A stretch of 64,000 nt of DNA from Polyangiales bacterium (GTDB lineage Bacteria > Myxococcota_A > Polyangia > Polyangiales > Ga0077539), in assembly GCA_046351515.1 (NCBI GenBank), contig JAXLYJ010000005.1, forward strand, positions 306,892 through 370,891. The letters are read 5' to 3'. The stretch's first letter is position 1. Each line of letters starts with the position of its first letter. Under the pieces are notes generated by a model. That model ran no database searches. It was not told the DNA's origin and worked only from the letters and a program-made list of their open reading frames with translations. The translations under genes and the position numbers were made by a program. Below are positions 18,791-28,461 of the stretch, piece after piece.

Positions 18791-19987
18791 ATGAGCAAGG
18801 AGCGGTTCGAGCGCAGGAAGCCCCACGTCAACGTGGGAACCATCGGCCACATCGACCACGGCAAGACCACGCTGACGGCGGCGTTGAGCGCAGTGCTCAA
18901 GCGTCGCTTCGGCGGAGCGTACGCAGTGAAGGACTACGCTGCGATCTCGAAGGGCGGAACCGTTCGCGACGAGACCAAGACGGTCACGATCGCCTCGGGT
19001 CACGCCGAGTTCGAGACGCGCAAGCGTCACTACGCGCACGTCGATTGCCCGGGCCACGCCGACTACGTGAAGAACATGATTACGGGCGCGGCGCAGATGG
19101 ACGGGGCGATCCTCGTCGTCTCGGCGCTCGACTCGATCATGCCTCAGACCCGCGAGCACGTTCTGCTCGCGCGTCAGGTGGGCGTCGATCGAATGGTCGT
19201 GTTCATCAACAAGTGCGACGCGGCCGAGGACCCCGAGATCATCGACCTCGTCGAAATCGAGGCGCGCGAGCTGCTCACGCGCAACGGCTTCGACGGCGAC
19301 GGAGCTCCTGTGATCCGCGGCGCTGCGTTGCCTGCGTTGCGCGGCGACGCGCGGTGGGAAGACTCCATCGTGGCGTTGGCCGAGGCGCTGGACGAGTACG
19401 TGGTTCCGCCCGAGCGCGACGAGCGCGGGGCGTTTCTGCTCTCGGTCGAGGACGTCCACTCGATCCGCGGCGTCGGAACGGTCGTCACCGGCCGCGTCGA
19501 GCGCGGCGTCGTTCGCCCCGGCGACAACGTTGAAATCGTGGGTCTCGAGGACCGCCCTCGAACGACGGTCGTGACCGGCGTCGAGATGTTCAAGAAGACC
19601 CTCGACGAGGCGATCGCCGGAGACAACGTCGGCGTGGTCTTGCGCAACGTGGCTCGCTCGGACATCGAGCGTGGCCAGGTCGTCGCCGCTCCTGGAAGCG
19701 TCACGGCGAAGCGCAAATTCACCGCTGAACTCTACGTCCTTACCAAGCAAGAAGGCGGACGGCACACTCCCTTCGAGAGCTCGTACCGCCCGCAGTTCTT
19801 CATCCGCACCGCCGACGTCACCGGAACGGTCCGCTTGCTCGACCGCGAGCACGCATCGCCCGGCGACACGGTCAACATCGAGGTCGAGCTCACCGAACCC
19901 ATCGCGCTTGAAGCGAGCACTCGCTTCGCGATCCGCGAGGGCGGCCACACCGTCGGCGCGGGCCGCGTGACGGCGCTCGTGAGCTGA
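18791..19987 (+). CDS. tuf: Elongation factor Tu
   Basis: 398 aa. Contains GHIDHGKTT (G1), DCPGHADY (G3), NKCD (G4) and all three EF-Tu domains. Confidence 0.97.
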   Translation: MSKERFERRKPHVNVGTIGHIDHGKTTLTAALSAVLKRRFGGAYAVKDYAAISKGGTVRDETKTVTIASGHAEFETRKRHYAHVDCPGHADYVKNMITGAAQMDGAILVVSALDSIMPQTREHVLLARQVGVDRMVVFINKCDAAEDPEIIDLVEIEARELLTRNGFDGDGAPVIRGAALPALRGDARWEDSIVALAEALDEYVVPPERDERGAFLLSVEDVHSIRGVGTVVTGRVERGVVRPGDNVEIVGLEDRPRTTVVTGVEMFKKTLDEAIAGDNVGVVLRNVARSDIERGQVVAAPGSVTAKRKFTAELYVLTKQEGGRHTPFESSYRPQFFIRTADVTGTVRLLDREHASPGDTVNIEVELTEPIALEASTRFAIREGGHTVGAGRVTALVS

Positions 19988-19998
19988 GCACCCACGCC

Positions 19999-20039
19999 CG
20001 CAGGCTCGTGAAGGCGACGCATTCTTCATCGAGCCTGCG
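19999..20039 (+). terminator. Possible stem-loop downstream of tuf (10-bp arms cgcaggctcg/cgagcctgcg, 21-nt loop)
   Basis: Inverted repeat read directly from the sequence. The following tract is only weakly U-rich (cgtttctcc). Confidence 0.25.
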
Positions 20040-20074
20040 CGCGTTTCTCCTGCGCGTGACAGACTCGCGCACCG

Positions 20075-21109
20075 ATGGCCGTTGTTCGTCCCTCGACATG
20101 CGTAGCGATCGTGGGGGACGAAGCTGATGGAGCGCTGCGGCTCGTGCGCGCCGTCACTCAGCGCGCGGTGCGTTCGGTCGACGTGGCGATGGATTTCAAC
20201 CCGCCGATGGATGATGGCGGGGCGTTCGAGATCGTCGAGACCGACAAGCGTCGATACCTGTTCGTGCGAAGCGGAGATGACGGGCTCGCGGCGGTGCCCC
20301 GCACGTTCGACGCGGTGGTGCTCGCGTTGAGCGCCGAGCGTTCGGTGACGGCGAGGACGCGCGAGCTGGTATTCGAGCTCTCGTTGACGCATCGCGGACC
20401 GCTCGTCGTGGTGATCTCGGGCTGCGAGTCGGCGAGCGGCGAACCCCACCTCGTCGAGATCGAAGCGCGCGAGCTGCTCGATCAGTTCGGCTTCGACGCG
20501 GACGCAGTCGCGTGCGCGAGGATGCACGGGCTCGACGCGTCCGAGTGGCTCGCATGGCTCGACGATCACGCCTCCGTGTGCGCAGCACCACTGGAGCTCC
20601 CGCTGATCGCACGCGTCGAGCGGCAGAGCTATCGCGGCGCGATGCAGCTCGGCCTCGCGCAAGGCAGGATCGAACGGCGAGCGAAATACCAGGCACTCCG
20701 AGGTGCGATCGCGCTGCCGTGCGCGTTCGAAGAGAGCACGCTCGTCAGTCGAAGCGCGGCGTCATTTGGTGTCGGATCACTGGTCGCGCGCCCCAGGCAA
20801 ACGGGGCTCGAGCCGTCCGATTGGGTGGTGGACGCGTCCATCGCTCGCTCGATCCAGCGGCTTCGCGCGGCGCTGATCGTGACCGAGCCGCTCCTTGATG
20901 GATTGAGCGCCGAGCCGCTGTCGATCGAGTGGGGCAGCAATCGCGTGGACATCGCGCTCGAAGTGCAGCGCGTGTTCGCGGGTGATCGTCTCGCGCTGGT
21001 GACGGTGCGCTCGGACGAGCCGTTCTTCGCCATCGAGAGGGCGGGCGCGACGGTGGTTTCTCGGTTCGAGTTGGAGCGCATCGGCCGCGTTGTGTTCGCG
21101 TCGGACTGA
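20075..21109 (+). CDS. EF-Tu paralog with degenerate GTPase motifs (pseudo-GTPase, tuf-like)
   Basis: 344 aa, collinear with tuf. G1 GHIDHGKT is replaced by GDEADGAL, G3 DCPGH by RSGDD, and G4 NKCD by SGCE. Yet [10 protein letters not shown] is identical to tuf (28 of 30 nt identical). Domain 2 (PLIARVERQSYRGAMQLGLAQGRIERR against [25 protein letters not shown]) and domain 3 (FAIERAGATVVSRFELERIG against [19 protein letters not shown]) are clearly homologous. Confidence 0.6.
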   Translation: MAVVRPSTCVAIVGDEADGALRLVRAVTQRAVRSVDVAMDFNPPMDDGGAFEIVETDKRRYLFVRSGDDGLAAVPRTFDAVVLALSAERSVTARTRELVFELSLTHRGPLVVVISGCESASGEPHLVEIEARELLDQFGFDADAVACARMHGLDASEWLAWLDDHASVCAAPLELPLIARVERQSYRGAMQLGLAQGRIERRAKYQALRGAIALPCAFEESTLVSRSAASFGVGSLVARPRQTGLEPSDWVVDASIARSIQRLRAALIVTEPLLDGLSAEPLSIEWGSNRVDIALEVQRVFAGDRLALVTVRSDEPFFAIERAGATVVSRFELERIGRVVFASD

Positions 21110-21211
21110 GCGATCGCAGCTGAAAATGCTCGATGACGCGCCAGTTCGTCACAGCCCCCTGGACGGCGCCACGATGATGCGCTACATGACCGCTCCGCTT
21201 CGAACAAACCC

Positions 21212-21376
21212 ATGGGGTCCAAGAGTGATCGAGTCGCCGTGACGCTGGTCTGCAGCGTGTGCGGAACAAGAAACTACAAGACCTCGCGGTCGAAGCGGCC
21301 GGACGCAAAGCCGGTGGAGCTGAAGAAGTTCTGCAAGACGTGCAACGCTCACACGACGCACGTCGAGACGAAGTGA
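21212..21376 (+). CDS. rpmG: 50S ribosomal protein L33
   Basis: 54 aa, below the 60-aa cutoff of the ORF track. MGSKSDRVAVTLVCSVCGTRNYKTSRSKRPDAKPVELKKFCKTCNAHTTHVETK has the Cys4 zinc ribbon, and the KTxxN...KKFCxxCxxHxxHxETK signature is typical of L33. Confidence 0.85.
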   Translation: MGSKSDRVAVTLVCSVCGTRNYKTSRSKRPDAKPVELKKFCKTCNAHTTHVETK

Positions 21377-21405
21377 AGAAGCTCCGATCGTAGAGTGGAA
21401 TAGAT

Positions 21406-21478
21406 ACGGGACTAGCTCAGTCGGTAGAGCAGCGGATTCCAAATCCGCAGGTCGTGGGTTCGAGTCCCTCGTCCCGTG
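21406..21478 (+). tRNA. tRNA-Trp (anticodon CCA)
   Basis: ACGGGAC acceptor, D-loop AGTCGGTA, anticodon loop TTCCAAA, G73. Sits in the conserved rpmG-tRNA-Trp-secE-nusG arrangement. Confidence 0.85.
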
Positions 21479-21521
21479 CAAGAATCAATACCAGTTGTGA
21501 CCCTGTAGGAGCCTCCTAGCC

Positions 21522-21908
21522 TTGTCCACGCAGACTGAACAACGCGCGCCAGCCTCGCTCCAGCTCGGAGTGCAGAAGTACCTGTACACTGGGTATTTCG
21601 TGGGCGGCGTGATCGTCGCGTGGTTGGTTCACAACATCGTCGACAAGGCGTGGGACGGACACGACGGAGTCGCGTCGCTGATCGGCGTTGTCGCCGGCAT
21701 CCTCGCTGTCGTGTGGGCTTGGAAGAACGAGCGCATTCGCACGCTCTCCAAAGAGATCATCGACGAGCTCGCCGCGGTGAGCTGGCCGACGAAGCAAGAG
21801 ACGCAGACCGCGACGTTCATCGTGTTGGTGACGTCGGTCGTGGCGGCGGGCGTGATCTTCTTCATGGATCGCGTGTGGGGTTACTTGACCGAGTGGCTGG
21901 TCAAGTAG
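21522..21908 (+). CDS. secE: Preprotein translocase subunit SecE
   Basis: C-terminus ELAAVSWPTKQETQTATFIVLVTSVVAAGVIFFMDRVWGYLTEWL is the conserved SecE TM3 core. Two extra N-terminal TM segments. Confidence 0.85.
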   Translation: MSTQTEQRAPASLQLGVQKYLYTGYFVGGVIVAWLVHNIVDKAWDGHDGVASLIGVVAGILAVVWAWKNERIRTLSKEIIDELAAVSWPTKQETQTATFIVLVTSVVAAGVIFFMDRVWGYLTEWLVK

Positions 21909-22186
21909 CGCTCGACGTCGAGCGAGCGGTGTCGGGGGCGACAAACACAGGGTGAGCGCTGAGCGGCGTTCACCCTGCGTGCATTTGAGGGGCGAAAATC
22001 TCGCGGCGTCGCTGGTGACATGGCCGACGGTGCGTGCTAGAAACCGCGTCCCTCGCACGGGGACGTTGTTGGTCCTCGCGTCGTTCACCCAATGGTGTGC
22101 GTGAGCGACGCGGGTGATTTCTCTGTGCGGCCGAAGCAGAACACGCCGTGTGAAGAGCACGGTGCGAACGTGAACGAGGCGCGCCC

Positions 22187-22720
22187 ATGGCGATGCGGTA
22201 CTACATCATTCAGGCGTACAGCGGCTTCGAAGGCCAGGTGAAATCCAGCCTTCAAGAGCGCATCAAGAACGCAGGCATGCAGAAGTTCTTCGGCGAGATC
22301 CTCGTTCCGTCGGAAGAAGTGCAGGTCAACCGCAACGGCAAGTCGCGCACGGAGAAGCGCCGCTTCTATCCCGGCTACGTGTTCATCCAGATGGAGATGA
22401 ACGAGCAGACCTGGCACCTCGTGAAAGAGACGCCGAAGGTGACTGGCTTCATCGGCGATCAGAACCCGCAGGTCGTGAAGGACAAGGATATCCAAGTCAT
22501 CCTCGACCAGATGGAGAAGGGCACGTCGCCGACCGCGGTGCGCGCGCACTTCGACGTGGGCGATCAGGTCCGAGTGATCTCTGGCGCGTTCGCGAACTTC
22601 TCGGGGACCGTCGAAGAAGTGAAGGCCGACCGACAGAAGGTGAAGGTCATCGTTCCGATCTTCGGCAGGCCGACGCCGGTGGAGCTCGGCTACAACGAGG
22701 TCGAGAAAATCACCGCGTGA
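22187..22720 (+). CDS. nusG: Transcription termination/antitermination factor NusG
   Basis: 177 aa. N-terminal NGN (YIIQAYSGFEGQV...FYPGYVF) and C-terminal KOW (GDQVRVISGAFANFSGTVEEV) domains. Confidence 0.95.
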   Translation: MAMRYYIIQAYSGFEGQVKSSLQERIKNAGMQKFFGEILVPSEEVQVNRNGKSRTEKRRFYPGYVFIQMEMNEQTWHLVKETPKVTGFIGDQNPQVVKDKDIQVILDQMEKGTSPTAVRAHFDVGDQVRVISGAFANFSGTVEEVKADRQKVKVIVPIFGRPTPVELGYNEVEKITA

Positions 22721-23008
22721 ATCTGCGACAAGCTCGCTGGAGCTCTGGCGCTCTCCCGATTGCGCGTGAAAAAAGTGCATGAGGGGGCTTGGACACGGCG
22801 CGAATTTGCGGTAGACGGCCGCCCCCGTTGTTCGTGAGAACAGCCGGTGCTCTTCATCACTGCTGACTTAGACGATTCGTGATGCACAGCACGACCCGCG
22901 CAGCACCCGCCGCTGCGATCTTGGGATTGTGCGAGGCCTCTGGTGAGCGACGCTCGATGCGCGAGCAGGTCGATCGCCGAAGCCGCTAGCAGAACTTCGA
23001 GGACGACC

Positions 23009-23434
23009 ATGGCGAAGAAGATTGTTGGACAGGTCAAGATTCAGGCTCCGGGTGGAGAGGCCAAGCCAGGCCCCCCGATCGGACCGGTCCTCGGCGCCGC
23101 CGGCGTGAACATTCCGATGTTCATCAAGGACTTCAACGCGAAGACCGCGGGACAGAAGGGCATGACGATCCCGGTCGTCATCACTGTCTATTCGGACAAG
23201 AGCTTCACGTACGAGCTCAAGACCCCGCCCGCGTCGGTTCTTCTGGTGAAGGCGCTCGGCAAGGACAAGGGCAGCGCGAAGCCGAACCGCGACAAGATCG
23301 GCAAGCTTCCGATGTCGAAGATCACCGAGATCGCGAAGCAGAAGATGCAGGACCTCAACTGCGACGACCTCGAGGCCGCCAAGCGAATGATCGCTGGGAC
23401 CGCGCGCTCGATGGGCATCGACGTCGAGGGCTGA
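23009..23434 (+). CDS. rplK: 50S ribosomal protein L11
   Basis: [46 protein letters not shown] is a canonical L11 N-terminus. Confidence 0.95.
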   Translation: MAKKIVGQVKIQAPGGEAKPGPPIGPVLGAAGVNIPMFIKDFNAKTAGQKGMTIPVVITVYSDKSFTYELKTPPASVLLVKALGKDKGSAKPNRDKIGKLPMSKITEIAKQKMQDLNCDDLEAAKRMIAGTARSMGIDVEG

Positions 23435-23669
23435 GAAGTTTCATCGGTGACCTCGGGGCTCTGGTTCACGACGAGTGACGAGGGCTTCGAGAGCAGACGA
23501 CACGGGATGCTCGCGCATCGGGTCGTCGTGCTTGTCACCGAGCGAGTCGCGCGAGCGGTCAAGGACCACCGACGGTGTCTTCGCAATGGTGCGGAGGGTC
23601 GCGGTGGGAGGCCTGGTGAGTGATCGGGCGACGAGCGCGCTCACAGAGCCAGTCCGCAGGAGGAGTTGA

Positions 23670-24383
23670 ATGGCGAAGATCTCCAAGAAGCGCCAGTCGA
23701 TCAATAAAGAGGTCGACACCACGAAGCGCTACTCGCTCGACGAGGCAGCGGCTCTCGTGAAGAAGGGCGCGAAGGCGAAGTTCGACGAGACCGTCGAGAT
23801 CGCCGTGCGTCTCGGGGTCAACCCGAAGCACGCCGATCAGATGGTCCGTGGCGCCATCGTGCTGCCGCACGGCACCGGTCAGACGGTTCGCGTGCTCGTG
23901 TTCGCGAAGGGTGACAAGGCCAAGGATGCGCAGGCTGCGGGCGCCGACCACGTCGGTGCTGAGGAGCTCGTGCAGAAGGTGGCCGACGGCTTCCTCGATT
24001 TCGACCGCGTCATTGCCACGCCGGACATGATGGGTCAGGTCGGAAAGCTCGGTAAGGTCCTCGGTCCCCGCGGACTCATGCCGAACCCGAAGGTCGGCAC
24101 CGTGACGTTCGACGTGACGAACGCGGTGCGCGAGTCGAAGGGCGGCAAGGTGGAGTACCGTGTCGAGAAGGCGGGCATCGTGCACGCGCGTCTCGGCAAG
24201 GCGAGCTTCACGGCCGACGCGATCCGCGAGAACGCGAGCGCGCTGGTGGCTGCACTGGTCCGCGCCAAGCCCCCGAGCGCGAAGGGCACGTACCTCAAGA
24301 GCATCACGCTCTCGACGACGATGGGCCCTGGCGTGAAGGTGGACACGGCGGCGTTCACTGCATCGAAGTCTGAGGAGGCCTGA
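23670..24383 (+). CDS. rplA: 50S ribosomal protein L1
   Basis: 237 aa. [33 protein letters not shown] is L1. Confidence 0.95.
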   Translation: MAKISKKRQSINKEVDTTKRYSLDEAAALVKKGAKAKFDETVEIAVRLGVNPKHADQMVRGAIVLPHGTGQTVRVLVFAKGDKAKDAQAAGADHVGAEELVQKVADGFLDFDRVIATPDMMGQVGKLGKVLGPRGLMPNPKVGTVTFDVTNAVRESKGGKVEYRVEKAGIVHARLGKASFTADAIRENASALVAALVRAKPPSAKGTYLKSITLSTTMGPGVKVDTAAFTASKSEEA

Positions 24384-24384
24384 G

Positions 24385-24963
24385 ATGAACCGCACCGAGA
24401 AGACCGCGAAGATCGCGGAGATCAAGGCGAAGTTCGACAAGGCGATCTCCGTCGCGCTGGTGGATTTCAAGGGTCTGTCGGTCGCGCAGGTCAGCCAGCT
24501 CCGTCGCGAGTTCAAGAAGGAGAAGGTCGAGTACCGTGTGATCAAGAACACGGTCATTCGTCACTCTCTGAAGGACTCGGCGTACGAGAAGCTGGTCGGC
24601 GACCTCTCGCCGGATCGCAAGAACAGCACGAGGGCTCACGCTTCGCTCCGTGGAATGACGGGCGTCGCGTTCTCGTACGAGGATCCGGCGGCGGCGGCCA
24701 AGGTTCTTCTGAAGTTCCAGAAGGACCAGGGCGACAAGGCCAAGTCGATGAAGGTCAAGACCGGCTTGTTGTCGGGTGACCTCATCGAGGCGGACGCGCT
24801 GTCGAAGGTGCCGGGTCTCAAGGAGACGCAGGCTTCGATCTACGGCATGCTGTTGGCTCCGGCCGCTGAGATCTACATGTCGCTTGTGGGTCCGGGCGCG
24901 ATGATCGTCGCCCTGCTCGAAGCGCACGTGGCGAAGCTCGAGGCCGAAGGCAAGACGGGCTGA
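24385..24963 (+). CDS. rplJ: 50S ribosomal protein L10
   Basis: 192 aa. Starts 1 nt after the rplA stop. Typical L10 N-terminus ([30 protein letters not shown]). Confidence 0.9.
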   Translation: MNRTEKTAKIAEIKAKFDKAISVALVDFKGLSVAQVSQLRREFKKEKVEYRVIKNTVIRHSLKDSAYEKLVGDLSPDRKNSTRAHASLRGMTGVAFSYEDPAAAAKVLLKFQKDQGDKAKSMKVKTGLLSGDLIEADALSKVPGLKETQASIYGMLLAPAAEIYMSLVGPGAMIVALLEAHVAKLEAEGKTG

Positions 24964-25139
24964 TTGCGCTCCGAGGTTCCCGCGCACGTCAGTGGAACCT
25001 CCGCTCTCGAGAAACGGTTCTCGAGAGTCGTCGAAGTGACCCCCTCAAGTTTGATCGCTCCGAAGCGCACACCGAAGCAGTTGAATACGTGGGCGTGAAA
25101 TTCGGGGCCTGAAGAAGAGTTCAAAAGGAGATTCTCAAA

Positions 25140-25517
25140 ATGGAAACGCAGCAGCTCGTCGACACGATCAGCAAGCTCACCCTCAAGCAGGCGGCGGACC
25201 TCGCGGCCGAGCTCAAGAAGTCGCTCGGACTCGAAGGCATCTCCTTCGGCGGCGGCGGCGGCGGCAACGCGGCTCCGGCCGCGGCGGCTGCTCCGGTCGA
25301 GGAGAAGACGGAGTTCACCGTCGAGCTCACCGGCGCTGGCGCGAAGAAGATCGACGTCATCAAGGTTGTCCGTGAGATCACCGGACTCGGCCTGGGCGAG
25401 GCGAAGGCTCTCGTCGAGGGCGCGCCGAAGGCTCTCAAGGAGAACATCGGCAAGGCCGAGGCCGAGGACATCAAGAAGAAGCTCGAGGGCGCTGGCGCCA
25501 CGGTCACCCTCAAGTGA
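25140..25517 (+). CDS. rplL: 50S ribosomal protein L7/L12
   Basis: 125 aa. Gly/Ala-rich hinge and [30 protein letters not shown]-terminal domain. Confidence 0.95.
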   Translation: METQQLVDTISKLTLKQAADLAAELKKSLGLEGISFGGGGGGNAAPAAAAAPVEEKTEFTVELTGAGAKKIDVIKVVREITGLGLGEAKALVEGAPKALKENIGKAEAEDIKKKLEGAGATVTLK

Positions 25518-25581
25518 TCCGAGCCCGTCGCAGGCGTTTGCTGAGTGAGCATTCACTGAGCTCGTGACCGGCGACACTGTA

Positions 25582-25660
25582 GAGGCGACGCAACGTGAGC
25601 ACTCGTGATGAGCGAGCGCGAGCGGGGTGTCGCCTCTCTGCTTTTCTCCCGCAGCGCTCG
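25582..25660 (+). terminator. Possible bidirectional terminator between convergent rplL and the sulfotransferase gene (8-bp inverted repeat gaggcgac/gtcgcctc followed by tctgcttttctcc)
   Basis: Inverted repeat plus T-rich tract seen directly. The loop is large, so the structure is uncertain. Confidence 0.25.
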
Positions 25661-25682
25661 CCACGGTCGTCGCGCGGGCAAA

Positions 25683-26876
25683 CTACGACGTCGAGCGCCG
25701 CTCGAACGGCTCGAGGCGACGACGCAGCGTTTCGTCATCGAGGCCGAAGTCGCTGAGCGCGTGCTTGTGCGCGCCGTGCCGGTGCTTGGGATGCTCGGCC
25801 GCGTACCGCCTCGCGTCGGCGAAATGCGCCTCGCCCCAGCCCATCGCGAAGCGCTCGTTGATCGCGCGAACGACGGACACTGGATCGCTCGTCAGCGCTT
25901 CGTACTCGACGTCGAGCCGCTGTTCAGCAGGCAGCCACGATCGTGCTTCGAGCGACGCGCGCAGGGTGCGTTCGCAGTGATCGAGCGCCTCCCGCCCGAC
26001 CGCGCGCGGGTCGGACTCGCGCACGATCGGCAGGCGAACGCCGTGAATCAAGCTGCACAACGACGAGACGCACGCGTCGAGCGCGCGGTGGCACTCGACG
26101 ATGCGCGCGTCGGGGTACGCCTCGATCAGCGCTCGCAAGAACAACACGTGCGAGGGATCTTTGAGCACCCACGTTGGTTGCTCGTCCCGCTGCCAGAGCT
26201 GCAGCAGCGATCGATGCTCGCGGTACGCGAAGCTCACATCTGCGGTCGCGAGCCAGCGCTGATAGCGCTCGGCGGGGGGGCTCGCGGGGAAGATTCCGCT
26301 GTTCTCGAGGATGAAATGGCACTCGTCTGGGCTCGTCGCTTCGACGTCGTGGATGAGCCGGACGTGAGGCGCCGCTGCGTAGAAGAGCGCCATGTCACGC
26401 GCGCACTGCTCGACGCGGTCGTCGTCAGCGCGGTCTGCGATGGGGCGATACAGCTCGAACAGCTTCGGCGAGCGCGCTCCCTCGATCGAGGCCAACATGC
26501 GCTGCAACAGCGTGGTGCCCGTTCGAGGCAGGCCGAGGATGAAGATCGGCGGCGCGATCGGGCGTGTGGATCCGGCGGCCGATCGCGCGCGCTCGACGTG
26601 CAGCCGATTGATTAGCGCGCGCAACACTCCCTGCCGTGTGAGCTTCGCTCCGAGCCACGTGAGCTGGTCGGTCTCAGCGACAGACTCGAGCAGCAGTTGG
26701 ATCGGTGTCTCGAAGTCGCGCGCGCCGAAGTCACTGAGATTCGTCACACGCCGCGCTTCGGCGCAGAGCTCGTCGAGCGTGGATGAGTTGGTGTTCAAAC
26801 CGATTCGTCGGCCTTGTTCGAGGACGGTGTTGGCGACGCGAAACCATCGCGGAAGATCGCTCTTTTGCCAGGTCAT
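25683..26876 (-). CDS. Sulfotransferase-family protein (PAPS-dependent, Sulfotransfer_3-like)
   Basis: 397 aa. ILGLPRTGTTLLQRML is the 5'-PSB PAPS-binding loop. Later RxxxDP and HRALDACVSS regions are consistent with bacterial sulfotransferases. Confidence 0.65.
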   Translation of the reverse strand: MTWQKSDLPRWFRVANTVLEQGRRIGLNTNSSTLDELCAEARRVTNLSDFGARDFETPIQLLLESVAETDQLTWLGAKLTRQGVLRALINRLHVERARSAAGSTRPIAPPIFILGLPRTGTTLLQRMLASIEGARSPKLFELYRPIADRADDDRVEQCARDMALFYAAAPHVRLIHDVEATSPDECHFILENSGIFPASPPAERYQRWLATADVSFAYREHRSLLQLWQRDEQPTWVLKDPSHVLFLRALIEAYPDARIVECHRALDACVSSLCSLIHGVRLPIVRESDPRAVGREALDHCERTLRASLEARSWLPAEQRLDVEYEALTSDPVSVVRAINERFAMGWGEAHFADARRYAAEHPKHRHGAHKHALSDFGLDDETLRRRLEPFERRSTS

Positions 26877-27072
26877 CTGTTGTCCGAGGGAGTCTTTGCG
26901 GCTGCACGGATCGCCGCCGTTCGCGCACGCGCCGCTGTGCGGCGTCGCTCGATGATCGTCGCGAGTGAACCATCTTCATCATCAACGCGAGCGCGTTCGT
27001 AACGATCGGAAATGCCGCGTCACGCGCTGTTCGCGCTCGACGCTCGCGTGTTGCGGCATACGCGCAGTCACG

Positions 27073-28461
27073 GTGTTTACGTCGCTCTTCAAGCGCTCGA
27101 ATCGCGCGTCGCTCCCGCGGGTCGCGCGACTCTCATCGAAGGTCCTTCACGCTGCCGTCGACGCGCACGGCGCGCACGCGTGGGCGGTGCTCGCGCGTGA
27201 GCACGGCGGCTCGTTTGTGGCATCGACGGGCGAGCTCTGCACTGCCGAGCCCGCGCTCGTCGAGTCGTTCTTGATGCACCGCGCGCACACCGAACACCGC
27301 GCGAAAGCGTACCGGCTCGCTGCGAAGGCGATGCCCGGCGCGGACGGGCTGCTCTTTCAAGACGGAGAGCCGTGGAAGGAGCAGCTCCGCGCGGTGATGC
27401 CGATCTTTCATCACGAGCGCATCGACGCGTTTGCGGCGACCGTCGCAGACACGCTTCGCACGTTTGCGCGACGCGCTCCCGATGGAGCGGACCTGTACCA
27501 CGCGATCACCGAGGCGAGCGCGGAGATCGCGCTGAAGGTCCTGCTCGGGCTCGATCCAGCGAGCGGTCCGGGCCTCGCGGTTCGCGAGCAGCTCGTTTCG
27601 TACAAGCTCGAGACGATGCGCGTCGATCGTTCGATGCGACTCGATGTGCTCGGCGGTCCGCCGATCGAAGCGGTGCTCGCCGCGCCGCGCGTCCTGCGCT
27701 CGATGCTGACGTTGCGCGATCGAGTGGCGATCATTCGCGACGAGCTCGCGCGAGCGAGGCGCGCCGGGATGCTCGATGACACGATCGTCGCGGTCGCCAA
27801 CGTCGCCGCGGACGAGCAGCGCTTCGCGGATTGGATCAATCACCTGTACGGCGCGTACAACGCCGTCGACTACGAGCTCACCGCGGCGCTCGTGTGCCTC
27901 GCGCGTGCGCCCGAGTGGATCGAGGCGCTGCGAGACGAGCTCGACGCGCAGCCGGCCGCCGCTCGCGCGGATCATCGCTCGCTCGCTGCGCTGCCGGTGT
28001 TGCGCGCGATCGTGCGAGAGACCGAGCGCGTGTGCCCCGTCGCAAACGCCGTGTTTCGTCAGGCGGGAGAGCGCTTCGAGTGCCAAGGCGAGTCCTTCGC
28101 CGAGGGCACGCAGGTGATGCTCAACCTCTATGCGCTCATGCGTCACCCTGACCATTGGGAGGAGCCGGATCGGTTCGACCCGAGCCGCTGGATCGGTGAG
28201 CGCGAGGCGAAGATCGCGGAGCGAGCGTTTGTTCCATTTCTCGCGGGGCCGCGACGATGCTTCGGGCGGACGCTGGCCGAGCTCGTGTTGCACGTCGGGC
28301 TGTCGACGATCGTGCGCGAGTTCGACGTCGTTGCGCGCGCCGATGGCGTCGACGTCACCGGACATTTCATCCCGAGATTCGAGCGCCCGATCGCGTTCGA
28401 GTTGCGCGAGCGCGTGAGCTCACCCTCGTCGATCGGCTCGCGCTCCGCGGATCGATGCTGA
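27073..28461 (+). CDS. Cytochrome P450
   Basis: ORF 26965..28461. FVPFLAGPRRCFGRTLAELVL is the heme-thiolate loop (FxxGxRxCxG). ETERVCP is the ExxR K-helix motif and AVDYELTAA is I-helix-like. Start uncertain: GTG at 27073 is proposed. Confidence 0.8.
   Translation: MFTSLFKRSNRASLPRVARLSSKVLHAAVDAHGAHAWAVLAREHGGSFVASTGELCTAEPALVESFLMHRAHTEHRAKAYRLAAKAMPGADGLLFQDGEPWKEQLRAVMPIFHHERIDAFAATVADTLRTFARRAPDGADLYHAITEASAEIALKVLLGLDPASGPGLAVREQLVSYKLETMRVDRSMRLDVLGGPPIEAVLAAPRVLRSMLTLRDRVAIIRDELARARRAGMLDDTIVAVANVAADEQRFADWINHLYGAYNAVDYELTAALVCLARAPEWIEALRDELDAQPAAARADHRSLAALPVLRAIVRETERVCPVANAVFRQAGERFECQGESFAEGTQVMLNLYALMRHPDHWEEPDRFDPSRWIGEREAKIAERAFVPFLAGPRRCFGRTLAELVLHVGLSTIVREFDVVARADGVDVTGHFIPRFERPIAFELRERVSSPSSIGSRSADRC

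Noticed and set aside
18665-20662. 665-aa minus-strand ORF covering tuf and part of the tuf-like gene
   Set aside because: Antisense to EF-Tu. It is a GC-rich frame artifact.
26965-27072. ATG at 26965 as the P450 start
   Set aside because: It adds about 36 Arg/Cys-rich residues (MNHLHHQRERVRNDRKCRVTRCSRS...) atypical of a P450 N-terminus. A GTG at 27073 gives a conventional length, but the true start remains uncertain.
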